Below, piece after piece: positions 1 through 11,925 of a stretch of 55,213 bases of DNA. The stretch spans positions 1 to 55,213 of the forward strand of contig JAAPAO010000194.1 of NCBI GenBank assembly GCA_013115145.1, given 5' to 3'. The translations under genes and the position numbers were made by a program. Within the stretch, counting starts at the first letter, position 1. The number at the start of each line of letters is the position of its first letter. This DNA is from Perkinsus chesapeaki ATCC PRA-425 (taxonomy: Eukaryota; Protista; Perkinsozoa). The notes beneath the pieces are model-generated. The model was not told the origin of the DNA. It made no database searches and saw only the letters and a program-made list of their open reading frames with translations.

Positions 1-103
1 CTCCGTAGAGGATAAAGAAGAGGAGGAGAGCTCCGTAGAGGATAAAGAAGAGGAGGAGAGCTCCGTAGAGGATAAAGAAGAGGAGGAGAGCTCCGTAGAG
101 GAT
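1..103 (+). repeat. 30-bp coding tandem repeat (SVEDKEEEES), three full units plus a partial, running off the window edge
   Basis: ctccgtagaggataaagaagaggaggagag at 1-30, 31-60, 61-90, partial to 103; frame 2 is open. Confidence 0.97.
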
Positions 104-3100
104 GAAGAAGTGCCAGAGGATGAAAAGTCGATAACTCTCGGTGAGGGAGAGGGGAAAAGGGACCAGAGCGTCGTTGAAGAAGTGAAGGAAACCAATAAGG
201 ATAAACATGAAGGTAGTAACGGGTTACTGGAGTTTGGCCAGTAGTAGGCAGCTCCCGAGCGACTCGAGGAGACATGTTTCATGGCCCTATATGAGATAGC
301 GATGCTCGTGGTTGGCTTCAGGGACTGCATCAGGGTCGGGCGAAGTACCCCTTGGCGATCCTCTACACGCCACTGAGGCTCCCGAAGAGAACAAGACTTC
401 CGAGGAGGCTGACGAAGTGGAGGGCGAATCCTCATCCTCTGAGGAGGAAGCAGTGAAGCTGCCATCACCATTCAAGAGCAGTTTGCAAAGGAAGATCAGC
501 GACATCTCCAAAGACGGCCTCTCCCCGAAAAAGAAGGGGGGTTCATCACCTTCTAGAAGGCTGCTGGAGAGTAGCATATGGACGTCGTTTTTTAGGGTGT
601 AGTATGGTTCTGTTAGGTGTCAAATCGAAGAGTGAGGCTAAGAAGGATACAATCATTGAGGAGGAGAAAGCAACAGAGGAGAAGCCTGCTTTCAGTGGTA
701 ACAGTGCTTGGTAGAGGTGCTTCCGTACCTCGAAAGCTTCAGGTACCTTTGGTAGTTCCAGCTCTACTTGCTTTGGTGCCTTCGGTAGCACGGCCCAGAG
801 TAGCTCTACGGGCTTTGGTGCCTTCGGTAGCACGGCCCAGAGTAGCTCTACGGGCTTTGGTGCCTTCGGTAGCACGGCCCAGAGTAGCTCTACTGGCTTT
901 GGTGCCTTCGGTAGCACGGCCCAGAGTAGCTCTACTGGCTTTGGTGCCTTCGGTAGCACGGCCCAGAGTAGCTCTACTGGCTTCGGTGCCTTCGGTGGTA
1001 GTTCTGCATCTTCAGCTGGTCCCTTCGGAGGTTCGTCCAGTTCCTCTGGTCTATTCGGCATTGCTTCTTCTTCTTCTGCTAGTGGTGGTGGTCTTGGTGC
1101 TTTCTCTGCTGCCTCCCAACCAGGAACGCTGCCTGCCTCCAAGAAGACTTCGAGTCTCTTCACTCCCACTGCTAGCGACAAGCTTTCCGGCGCCGAAAGT
1201 ACCCTAGAAATGCCGCCATCCTCCTCCTCGGTTGGCTTTGGAATATTCTCCACATCTCCCAGCTCAGCACCAAAGGATGGCCAGAGCGCCGCAACACATT
1301 CGGCGACGAAGCTCGAAAGCAAACCGCTGACGATTGGTTTGGCATCACCAGAAACGACGGAGGACAAGAGCCCTACGAAGAGAGGCGGGGGGAGGTCGTC
1401 CCCTAAGGAGCAGCATTTGAGCGAAGCCAGCATTCGGAAGGTGAGCGATGTAGCCAGAGACGGCCTGTCGCCGAAGAGGAAGGGCTCTCTTTCACCATCT
1501 AAGAGGCTTATACAGGGTAGAAAGTACCATGTGCATTGTTATCTATAAGTTACCTCCTAGGCACCAAACTGAAGGCGGAGGCCGCCAAGGAAGCAGTTGT
1601 AGATGACGAGAAGGTTACCAGTGGTGGTAGGCCGAATGTCGGACGATCTATAATGATGCCAGACTTCAGGTATCTTTGGTTCCACCACCACTTCTACTGC
1701 TGCGGGCAAGCCTACATCTTCGGGGATTTCCCATGGCCTTAGGCGAATTCGAAGGTCCTCTGTAACTGAGGTAGGCTTCACCTCCTCTTTTCTCAGCTAC
1801 ATCGCTTCTCAGCAGCCCACCGGTTCGGACTGGGCGTCAGTTGAGAAATCCCAAAACAAGACGAAGGCGCTGCTGGATGAGATTGCGAAGGAGACCGACG
1901 ATGCCGACGACTCCAGAGAGGCTCGGGCCTTGTTCAGCGAAGTGGAGAAGGACTTGGAGCAGCTTGAGGGGTTCATGAAGGAAGCCAATCAGCCCTGCAG
2001 GACAGCCCCGGAAGTCGACACTAATAACGAGGTCTGGCAGCAACTTATTAGGAGTATCGACGGTCTCACGGACATCGCCAACGACGATACTCTGAAGCAG
2101 CTGGACGAGGTTGGTGTGCCGACTTTGAGAAAGGCCACTCTTCGTCAGATTCAGCAGAAGAACCATACGCTTAACGCGCAGCTCGACAAGGAGATGCTAT
2201 TGGAAGATGAGGAGCCAAGCGAAACAGTTGTGGAGTTGAAGAGGCGCTGTGAGGATATCAGCGAGAGGATCGACGAGGCCTATGGGGAGTGCAAGAAGGT
2301 AGGGAGTGCCGCGTAGTCCTGCGCTAAGGTTGTCCTATTTAGGCACTTATTGCGCGACGTAGCCGAAGACAGTCCAACGGCAACAGAGAGCAACCCAAGA
2401 GCCCTTCGTGTCCAGAGCCATCTAGACCACCGATAAGGCATCGACCAGCAGTGATAGTCGATGGCCCTACAATGCCAGCTCCACTGTTGGCCCCACCAGC
2501 TAGGCGCCGTCAGGCAGGAGCAGGTTCGGCCATAGGGAGACTTGCTAATGGTGCTCCTCAAACACCTGTACGGTCCAAGCCATCACCACCGCCAACACTG
2601 AGAATTCAACCTGAGGAGACTGTTGACTCTCTGAGAGCCTCAGTGAGGCGCCTGAGGAACCCCCTAAGGAACCGGTCGACAGCAACGGCGAAAACCACCT
2701 CGAAGTCGACGACAACTGTCGGCGCTCTGCTGGCGAGCAAACCCACCGAAGGAAAGATGGCGATAGCGACTCCAGTACTGGCTCTTGGTGACGGCAAAGA
2801 AAACTGGACTGAGAATGCTTCCGCGGCTGGGCCGAGCATGTGGAATGTGATGCGCACCAAGGCCAATGTCTCCGCTGAGATTCAGGGTCTCTGGGAGAAG
2901 GTACCTCTTACGAGCATTTCGCCTTGATGGTGCTAGTAGGTATCGGAAATGGAACGGAGGCTGAGGACGCTGAAGCAGCAGCAACAGCAGCAGCAGCAGA
3001 CTAGGCATCCTAGACAGGCATTACCGCCGTCTGTCCAGGCTCCCATGGCCGCGTTGGTCGATGAGCAATCGCCGTCTTCTGAGGAAACCAAAGTTGCCGT

Positions 3101-5540
3101 AGGGATCTCTATTGAGAATATCGTCGTTCTTATATTCCTCATGTTCAGAACCTTCGGAGTGAGCTCCGCCAGCAGCTTAATAGCTCCCGAGCCGGCTCCG
3201 TCGGCGGCGCCCCCAGTAGTGGCTGGTCCGAGGCTTCCGACTACGCCCCTGGCAGCACTACCGGTGCCTATTCCACACCATCAGTTACCAACGTGCCGGC
3301 GGCTAGAGGGCTCATGTTCCTCAATCCACTGGGGGGATCGGGTACTCCTACCTTCGGTGGGGGCAGGGCCTCGCCAGCCTCGAGTCGCCACGGGTCTCGC
3401 GATCGGCAAACGTCTGAGTCGCCCTCGGGCGTGTCGAAGGAGTCGGTGAAGTCAAAGGCAGCTATCCGAGAGGCAGTGATACCGAAGACAGTAAGCGAAA
3501 ATGTCGGGTTTCGTGGCGCGTGACTTGTGTGGCGCTTCATGATAGGTTGTGCCACCAGCCCCGAAGTTGGAAGCCATACCCTCCGTGCCGCCTCCCCCCA
3601 AGCTCGATGCAAGCCCTATCCCAAAGAGTAAGCTCCGTAAGCGACATGTTAGAGCTTGAATTTTATGCTTAGGTGTCAAGCATCGTACCCTAACTACAAG
3701 CATGAGCTTTGGTCCAGAGAAGGCCGAGGTAGGACAGCGCATTGCGGTGGGCTTGGCGAGCGCCACTCTCAGTCCTCCCACCCCACCACACCTGATAAAC
3801 CGGCTTTCTCCTTCACCAGTGGTGCGGCTGCTCCGAGCAAGCCGGCGAAGGGTGGGTTTCGATGAGGGATGCGCTGGCCATGGTTATTTCGTCAGGAGAT
3901 GCCCCGAAGAAGGAAGCAGCATCAATTCCAGCCGCCGCGAAGCCGGCAGGGGATGATGTAGGCCTTTCAGCAAGAAGAATGCCCTCCATATCTTCATGGC
4001 TCAGGCTTCGGCGAAGAGCAGCGCGGCTCCGGACGGAAAGTCTAGCGAAGCCCCCAAGCCTTCAGGTATATCCGACAATAGAATTAAATCTCCTATACCG
4101 TTCCTAGGTGGTCTTTTCGGCACCCCAAGCTCCAGCAGCGGGAATGCCTTTGGTGGCTTCGGAAGCTCAGCACAGTCGAGCTCCTCGGGAGGCCTATTCG
4201 GCTCTACTTCGTCCAAGCCGGCTACAGGTAAGAAGTCTCAGCCTTACATAAAATTCATCGTACATTTCAGGCGGCGAGTGTGGAGGTCTCTCCTCAAGTA
4301 GTTCCAGTGGCGGTGCTTTTGGTTCTGGCAGTGGTACCCAATCAAGCAGCTCGACCACGAGTCCCTTCGGATCTGCTTCAAGCAGCACCAGCAGCAGCTC
4401 ATCAAGCGGGACCTCCAAACCCGGTTAGTTGGCCACTCTTATGTCGGCGCTCACTTCTACAACTTTAGGTGGTCTCTTTGGAGCTCCCCCGGCATCCTCG
4501 CCATCCAGCGGTGGCTTCGGAGCTCCTCCGGGCCAGTCCAGCAGCAGCGGTGGTTTCGGGGCCTTCGGCGGCACCGCTTTCGGCCAGGCTGCCTCTTCTT
4601 CGGTATTTGGTCAATCTTCATCGTCTTCATCTTCTACCAGCCCTGCCTTTGGAGGCTCTGCCGCCCCAGCCACATCAACCTTCGGTAGCAAGCCTGCCAC
4701 TGCTAGTAAAACGCTACCATAGATAGGTCGATTGACCATCTCCACTTTTCTTAGGCCCGTTTGGTGCACCATCTACCAGCGGTGGTTTTGGAGCTTTCGG
4801 TGCGCCACAGAGCAGCAGTAGTTCGGCGTCTCCCTTCGGAGCTGCTCCAACATCGTCTTCATCAGGGGGCTTCGGTGCCTTCGGAGCAAAGACCAGCGCG
4901 AGTCCCAGTAGGCTCTGCCCAGTGCCTGCATTGTAACGGAAGTTTCATTCCCTCAGGCCCATTCGGATCAGCACCGTCAAGTGGTAGCGGGTTCGGTGCG
5001 TTCGGTGGCGGCGGGGCTACATCTAGCAGTGGCTTCGGAGCCTTTGGCGCCGCTTCTCCAGCACCCCAATCAGGCTCAGGCTTTGGGGCGTTCGGAGGAG
5101 GAGGGGCGCAGCAGCCAAGCCCCTTCGGTAACATCCTGCTGGTTCATGTCGCTATTCCTAACTAATCTGTCTCAGGTGCAACGCCCTCGGGCGGCGGCGG
5201 AGGTGGATTCGGTTCGGCGTTCGGTTCCACAGGCCAGTCCAGCTCTAGCGGCTTCGGAGCTTTTGGTGGTGGCAACAAACCATCGACTTCTGGCTTCGGT
5301 GCTTTCGGAGGTGAGCCCGCGCTTCGCCTATTCATATGATTTCCCTTGCCTATAGGAGGCACTCCAGCCGGCGGCACTGGCGGATTCGGCGCGTTTGGCG
5401 GCAGCTCCAACACACAGACTTCCAGTGGCTTCGGCGCCTTCGGCGGTGGCGGCGGTGCTCAGAGCGCGTCTTCCGGCTTTGGTGCATTTGGTGGAGGTGG
5501 AAATAGCCAACCTCAGAACGCCTTCAGTGGGTGGCGATGA
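1..5540 (+). CDS. FG-repeat nucleoporin, Nup214/Nup159-like; multi-exon, 5' end outside the window
   Basis: Exons linked by short GT-AG introns encode acidic repeats, FGAFG repeats (772-996), a coiled-coil-like segment (~1790-2300), an S/T/P-rich linker and a long GFGAFGG region (4100-5540) ending QNAFSGWR-stop (TGA 5538-5540). Confidence 0.85.
772..996 (+). repeat. 42-bp coding tandem repeat (FGAFGSTAQSSSTG), five units plus a partial
   Basis: Unit tttggtgccttcggtagcacggcccagagtagctctac(g/t)ggc starts at 772, 814, 856, 898 and 940. Confidence 0.97.
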
Positions 5541-5696
5541 AGCAGCAAGCCCCCACTGCATTGTCTCTGTTAACGTTTCTATGTTTATTGTGCAGGGTTA
5601 TCAGTGTTGTGTTGTCCTCGTCACATATCAGTAGCAGCAGGCAAGAGAGCGATGCTAGCTGTCACAACGGGTCTCGCTAAGACATGAGCAGCACGG

Positions 5697-7168
5697 ATGT
5701 TCACATATACATGGGCTGAAAACAGCTCCCACGATAGCTGTTGGACCCCTATGTTCGGCGCCTATGGTCATCACAGTGAAATGCCAAGTTCATACAATGA
5801 CAGCAGCCTCCGGGAATCAGAGGCCTCCTCGTCCTGCTCCAGTGGCAACCTCGATGGTGGGGTATCCTCCTCTCCATCCGCCTTGCTGGAGATCAATGTC
5901 GTTGTTATCAACTTGCTACATCGAGTTCAGCGACGCAGGAAAATGCTGCACACTTTGGGCCTTCTGCAAGATGCCGGCTTGAAGGCTGGCTTCAGAGTCC
6001 ACTCCCATATAGTGGAGGCCGTTGATGGGTAGCAGTTGTAAAGCACTACTCCTAATAGGCTCATCTGTTGTCAGGGTTACACAGTCTCTGATGGAGTTGA
6101 ACAATCGGTACGGTGTACGACCGTATCCTGATTGGAAGATTCCCTCGTCTTCGCCGCAGTATATTAAAGTGCCACCGTCCTGGAAGGAATCTTTAGTGAG
6201 TCATTTCCTCCTCCTCTGCTACTGTATGTCTACCACGTTTTCCTGTCAGACTTCGGGAGGCATAGCATCGACGTTGTCCCACTTGGACATAGCTGTACTG
6301 ATACGAGCGAGAGGTTGGGTCACTCCAACGATCGTCGCTGAAGACGACTTCGAGCTTGTCTGCAGTCCGGCAGAGTTCTGGTCCCATCTCAGCCAGCTCT
6401 TGCAAGATGCTGATACAGAGTACGCCGCTCTCCATGCTCCCCACTGCTCGTTTGCATCGCAGGTCCAATCGGAGCGGAGTCCCTTGGGATATGATCATGC
6501 TGGGCTCAGGTCCGCACCGCGAAGATGTCTGTCCTCCTCGGCCAGTAGACTGTTCCGATGGCCGCCTCGAAGTCGCTGGCTTCAGTTATCTTACCACAAT
6601 GTAAGCTCCACAATGCCCCCTCCTTGATATCCTTTGGGCTGCGGTGTTCAGGTATCTACTGTCCCCGTGCGGTGCCAGTAAACTGGCAGAAGCGCGGCCT
6701 CGTATCTTGCATAATTGTGTAGTATTCGATGACCTGCATAATGTACTCGCTGGCCTTTGTGCCGCGACCCGGCCACACCTCCACGAGCTCTACGAAGACG
6801 TCCAATTGGTTCTCCTCGATTCGGTTCGGAAGCTGGTCTGCCAGGATCGTGGTGATTGCGGCCATGACACTGAAGTGAACGCTGGCCCGCGGATTAGGCG
6901 GAGCAACTCTCTCTGCTACACTGTGCCACCGAAGGACCCAGAGCTTCTTCGGCATTTTCGTATAATACTGAAGTCCACTGGGCAGTGTGTTCGGTGGAGG
7001 CGACGCACGGCTGTTGAGGGAGCGATCGAGGAGGAGCTCTGGGGCACCACTGTGGAGTTCGCCGGAACCGGTATGGCTCCGACTCGAAGAATTAGTGTGC
7101 TCAGTTTCGATGCCTACTTTATCCGTTTGCACTTGGAGCGTTACAGAAAGTCACGTACTTCCATGTAG
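5697..7168 (+). CDS. Glycosyltransferase family 25 (Lex2B/COLGALT-like), multi-exon; start and last exon uncertain
   Basis: Spliced translation gives the GT25 motifs in order: VVVINLLHRVQRRRKML, IVEAVDG, SL|TSGGIASTLSH, IVAEDDF, GFSYLTTM|YLLSPCGASKL...VFDD. Plus-strand introns include 6196-6249 and one starting at 6601 (gtaagc). Confidence 0.8.
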
Positions 7169-7267
7169 GGCCAAGCTCGTTGTGTTTGACAGTTTACCGC
7201 CTAACTTGGACAACGCAACAACCAACACGGAAGAGCATCATTTTATCATGCACACTCAATTGCATGT

Positions 7268-8263
7268 TCAATACGTGATAATAGACTGCGACGATCTCGA
7301 TGCCGCTGGATGGCCGATAATAGTTGGGAATATCTCACTAGGGCCCAACGCATCCACTATAGACGTCCGGCATGTGGGGCAGCTCATACGCTTTGGATCA
7401 TACCACCGAGTCTGCAGCTCCACCTCATCCGTCGACGGCCATCTGATTCTCTGCGGCCTCAACAGCCAGGTTCTGATGCATTCGTCGTGGAAGGCATGAC
7501 CACACCAGAGCGTCCTTTGACTGTCTCCTGCGTGGATGCTATCAATACAGACGTTACAGGTCTCGGAGCTACCGCACTTCTCTTCGGGAATAACAGTCCT
7601 TCGCGTTCCTTGAGATATCAACCTATTCGCCTCTGTACGGTTGACGTAGGTCGGGTTGCTGCGGTTCTCGTTGGGGTTTTCACCTTGTCGTCGACAGCGT
7701 CGGTAGCATTTCATAATGTAATATAGAATCGCTACAGTAATAAGAGGGATTCCTATTGGCAGCACGAGTACAAGGGCCAGAGCCCACCCAGATAGCTCGA
7801 GCTCCATTGGAATCTCGTCGGTCATGTTGCCGTGGTCATCTCCGCGGAGCCCTCTGAAGAGTGGCATCGCTAGGGACGTGTGGAGGCTCTTTAAGCCATC
7901 ACGGTAGAAGTCGAGACAACCATCGGGCGGTGGCTGGAGACCTTCGCCGTGAAACCACAGGGCACAGTCGTCCGGGCCGAGTCGTCTAGCATAGCAGCTC
8001 CCATAGCAGGTGCCCTCTCCACCGACGCAGTCTTCACACGCGTCCTGCTCCCTTCGACCTTCAGCTAGTTTCATCGCTGTCTTCCCAAAGCCATCCGGCT
8101 CGGGCCAAGCCTCACAGGAACTCCTGGCCGGGCACCACCAACAAAGTGGGGAAGACGTGCACTCAAGACACGACCCGTGCCCCTCACAAACCTCGGTGGC
8201 GATCGCCTCCACTACTGCAGCGGTGAGGATGAAAAGATTCCATCGAGGTCGGCATGGTGCCAT
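7268..8263 (-). CDS. Type I membrane RING-H2 E3 ligase with an extracellular PSI-like domain (signal-PSI-TM-RING), intronless, 331 aa
   Basis: Signal-like N-terminus; CEGHGSCLECTSSPLCWWCPARSSC fits the PSI cysteine spacing; TM WALALVLVLPIGIPLITVAILYYIM; RING-H2 CNVC...CGHAFHDECIRTW...CPTC. Confidence 0.88.
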   Translation of the reverse strand: MAPCRPRWNLFILTAAVVEAIATEVCEGHGSCLECTSSPLCWWCPARSSCEAWPEPDGFGKTAMKLAEGRREQDACEDCVGGEGTCYGSCYARRLGPDDCALWFHGEGLQPPPDGCLDFYRDGLKSLHTSLAMPLFRGLRGDDHGNMTDEIPMELELSGWALALVLVLPIGIPLITVAILYYIMKCYRRCRRQGENPNENRSNPTYVNRTEANRLISQGTRRTVIPEEKCGSSETCNVCIDSIHAGDSQRTLWCGHAFHDECIRTWLLRPQRIRWPSTDEVELQTRWYDPKRMSCPTCRTSIVDALGPSEIFPTIIGHPAASRSSQSIITY

Positions 8264-8516
8264 GGTGCTGCTACCGGACAGGCCTCCTACTGTGTGATTG
8301 ATAACTGTTCAACTCGACAGCGGAGCCATCTAACGTATTTAACTCGTACAGAATGTACACCGTTTGTGGGTTGATGTGGGGAAGGTCCCATTAAATGCCA
8401 CTGTAAATCGTGAAAGTCTACCGTCTTCGACTGGCCGATCGAGTCGTCCCCCTCTTCGGCCTTTCCGACAGGCAGCCTTGGATGGCCGTCTGGGAACAGC
8501 GACGATCACAACAGTG

Positions 8517-10615
8517 CTACGGCAAGTTCTCCCGTACTACTCGTTTCCGCGGAGCGATTCTCTTTGATGGGCTACAAGTCCCTTTGGCATCGGCTTCGTC
8601 CAGGCTGGCGTTCGACCGGCGTCGCTTGGGTTCCGGGGCCTCTGGGAGACTTAGACCAAATGGGACCGACGGAGCTATGGGGATGTACTTGTTAATGTTA
8701 TCAAGTACCTGCCGCCATACAGTGGCCATGGCCGCAATGAAAGGAAGTCTTACTGTATTCACAGTATGCTCCACGCTATCACGAGTATTATGCTCCTTAA
8801 GATTGGATTGAGCCTTCACATGTACGCTAGGACAGGCATCGTATCGTACGTAATACTGGTCAGAGGAGGGGATGGAGGTATCCTCGGCGCCAGGGGACAG
8901 GAATGGCTCCCCTCGGTTGAGCTGAATCCAAAGCTACTACCATTCCGCCGCGTCAGTTCTGCTACCCAGACGGCGGTCTCCATCGACCAGCACTTAGCCA
9001 CACTCGTAAGGCTGTAGCCTCCCCCACCCAACACCAGCGTTGGTATGCCTAAACGACGCAGCTCTTGGACCTGCTCAGGGCCATCTAGCTCCTTAGTGCC
9101 TCGCCATGCTCTACCGCTGTGGCATGGCCTCTTGTAGAGAGATTGAACCCGCTATGTGAAGTGAGAAGATCTCCAGCCAGCGAGTCCGAGCCAGACTGCA
9201 CTACTAGGCAACTCGGCCTGAGGCTGGTGTACGGGAACCGCCGCGATTTACGCCTACCGAAATCGTTGGAGAAGCGCCTCTAGTGTCGTCCGCAGCGCGT
9301 AGAGGAATAGATCGTCGGTGAGCCCGGGCTTCATAGGGAGGTTCACTGCATGGCCCTTCCCTGGAGTTCCGTCCGGTCCTATATCGTACACCGCACCTGA
9401 ACTGATGAGTTGCAAAACGTAGTGGGAGTGAGGCGTACCGGTGCCGGGGAATGAGTTACCGCTGCTCTTTGAAGGCGCCGAGTGTATCGAAAGTGTCACT
9501 ACCCGAGGGCAGGAGTAAAATGCCTCTTCCACAGCATCACCGTGATGATAATCAAGATCAACATAGAGCACTCGATCGTATCTAAGGTCGAAGCCTGCAC
9601 TTCACTCCATCGCAAGATACGTACACTTCGAGTAACTTAACTATCGCTAGCACGATGTCATTAACGTAGCAGAATCCAGCAGCGTTGGCGCAGTGGGCAT
9701 GATGCATCCCTATCAGAGCATGCTCCTCACACAGCACCCCCCCCTCGGACCTCCATTCCAGTTTATGGCCACTGGCCGACTCTCTGTGTTATCGCAAAGC
9801 CATTGGGCTGCATCTAGCGAAGCCCCTGCCGTTCGACAGCAATAGTCGTAGACTCCCTCGAACAGGGTGCAGTCCGTCCACGGCAGCAATGACAGATTGT
9901 ACTTCACGAACCTGCCAGCTGAATCCTGCTGCGTCGCTTGGGACCCTCTGAGCTAGTACGGATCCACAACATGCCTCTTCCTTTCGGTCTCAGAAGGGTT
10001 ACGGATGAAGTCCAGGTATCGTCGATCGTGAAACACAGCGAGCTCGTCAAAGGTAGCTGGTTCGAAGCTGTACAGGGACAGCCGATTCATTGGCGACTCG
10101 GACTCCTAAGGGAGCTTCTACGGTACTGTGATGAGCACTGGGCCTACCAACAGACCGTAGTTGAGGATGAGGGAATGTGTGAGCCTTAGACGCTCTGGGT
10201 CCATAGGATGGTCACCACAGCCACCAACAGCAAACTTGAAGGCTCCTATATCCGTGCCCTCTACGACCTCGTATCGACCATTGCCTGGACACAAGGAAGA
10301 CACTACGATCATCAACAACAACCGGCTCGAGGAGTTCGATTCGTTTTGAGTACTACTGTCTTTGCGATTTACTAATCAATATAATTTCCTGTCGGTGTTC
10401 CCTTGCCCATCAACGTTCGTTATATCCCCCTGGCTTCCCCTATTATCATTGCGTCCCTCGTTCCCCCGTCCAGAGCGGTAAGATGACTCCTCCTCACCCA
10501 GTATTCTGTGATGTATGTCAGTGAAGTACGCTACAGGCCTGGGAGTGTCAAATCTGCTGCTAGTGGTAGCTGGTAACTTGCCCGCCTCCGCGGTCGCCGA
10601 GTCCCGGGGGGCCAT
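8517..10615 (-). CDS. Class I histone deacetylase, HDAC8/Hos1-like, multi-exon
   Basis: Motifs [43 protein letters not shown]...[35 protein letters not shown] and GGGGY, in order. Confidence 0.95.
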
Positions 10616-10792
10616 AAGAGTAGATAAATAATTCTGCGACCGCTGAGATGTACTGTTGTTTTTTAAGGGTTATCTCCACACTGGACAAGATCCTCTGCTG
10701 TACTGATCAGTCTGGTCTGGGGTTCGTGGGCGATTTCACCAATGGCGATTAGGGGTCTGCGCAGTAAAATGTGTGAAAGTTATGGTATGAAT

Positions 10793-10824
10793 CTGCACGC
10801 ATGCGCAAACGATTCGGCGCGATG
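10793..10824. promoter_or_regulatory. Candidate cis-element CTGCACGCATGCGCAAA...GCGCGATG in a divergent intergenic region
   Basis: The 17-mer recurs exactly at 39678-39694, also followed by GCGCGATG; it contains the palindrome CGCATGCG and lies between head-to-head genes. Function is inferred only. Confidence 0.3.
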
Positions 10825-11044
10825 TCACATTTCCAGCTGAAACAACACGAGTTGCTCTGAGGTCTTTAAGTAATCGCAATCACAGTCATCCCGGATACTA
10901 GGGGACTGCATGGAGAGAGTAGTGTGCTTCAGGATAGCTCCGTACGGTGCGTTTGATTCGCGAACGTCCGGCCTCGAACCCATCGATGTTTTCCCTAAGC
11001 GCGAAAATTGCTATTAACGGTACATTGTCACGACCGCAAGCACT

Positions 11045-11580
11045 ATGAACTTTATCTTGTCAGGAGGTTTGACTTGGATGTCTTGGATGGGTGCCTCCTC
11101 GCCTACATCATCTGTAACCAATAGGAAGGTGTTATCGTCGACACAGCAGTCCAGTAGTAGACAGCTGCCAGTGAGGCAGCAGCAGCAGCCGTCCTCCTAT
11201 AACGTATGGTGCTTAAGTGATGGCACACCATTCAACAAGGGCCTGTGCTATCCAGTACACTATGCATCATCGATATCCCTAGTATACCCCACCGAGACCA
11301 CCGCCGATCACCACTACGAGTTCCCTCTCGAGCCGCCATCTCGGCCACAAGGCTGGTCCATCCAGGAATGGAGGATCGCCTGTGATGCTGTTGCTGATGG
11401 CATTACCACTACTATATTTAAGCGCGTATAATATACTATTATTAATTCTGCCCGATCACGCAGACCACTGCCCCTTCAACAACAACCGTGGAGCTCCACC
11501 TTGCACCAGCGTCGGTTGGCATTTTTTCGGACGCTTCCATAGCAAGCCTTCCATACTGGAAATTAGACGGCTTGCAGTAA
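11045..11580 (+). CDS. Hypothetical two-exon protein (~165 aa)
   Basis: ATG ORF of 127 codons, then a 38-nt GT-AG intron (11426-11463) joining in frame to TTAPSTTTVELHLAP...KLDGLQ-stop; no family recognised. Confidence 0.45.
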
Positions 11581-11925
11581 AGTCTCAGTATATGAGACGC
11601 CCTATTTCTTAGCTTAGACTCCCTCAATGGCATTCATGCTGTTTTGAGTTGGTGAATGGTTAGTTGCCAGTGTAGCGCGTCAGGGTACTGTGACCGCCGG
11701 AGTATGGTTGGGATGCTGCCAGAGTCCGATGAGGCTCTTGGAGATCTTCTACTCACTTTACCCACTGACGATGAGCTGCTTCAGGTCGGAGAGGAACGTA
11801 TCCCTATCACGCGGGAGAGGAAGTCTGCTCGGTGAGTGCGGCAAAGTAGAGTGGCATTTCCGTATACTGCCAACGGAAAAAGTTTCGGAGGAGATTTCAC
11901 GGAATTTTCGCTGTATCGACTTTAT

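Noticed and set aside
1-996. 30-bp and 42-bp arrays as possible CRISPR or satellite repeats
   Set aside because: No spacers; units are codon multiples within an open reading frame.
546-1433. 295-aa minus ORF with PKAPKPVELLWAVL repeats
   Set aside because: Mirror of the FG-repeat exons on the plus strand.
5916-7132. Minus-strand ORFs 5916-6104, 6193-6498 and 6656-7132 as a gene
   Set aside because: The plus strand gives ordered GT25 motifs and strong splice sites; these are antisense shadows.
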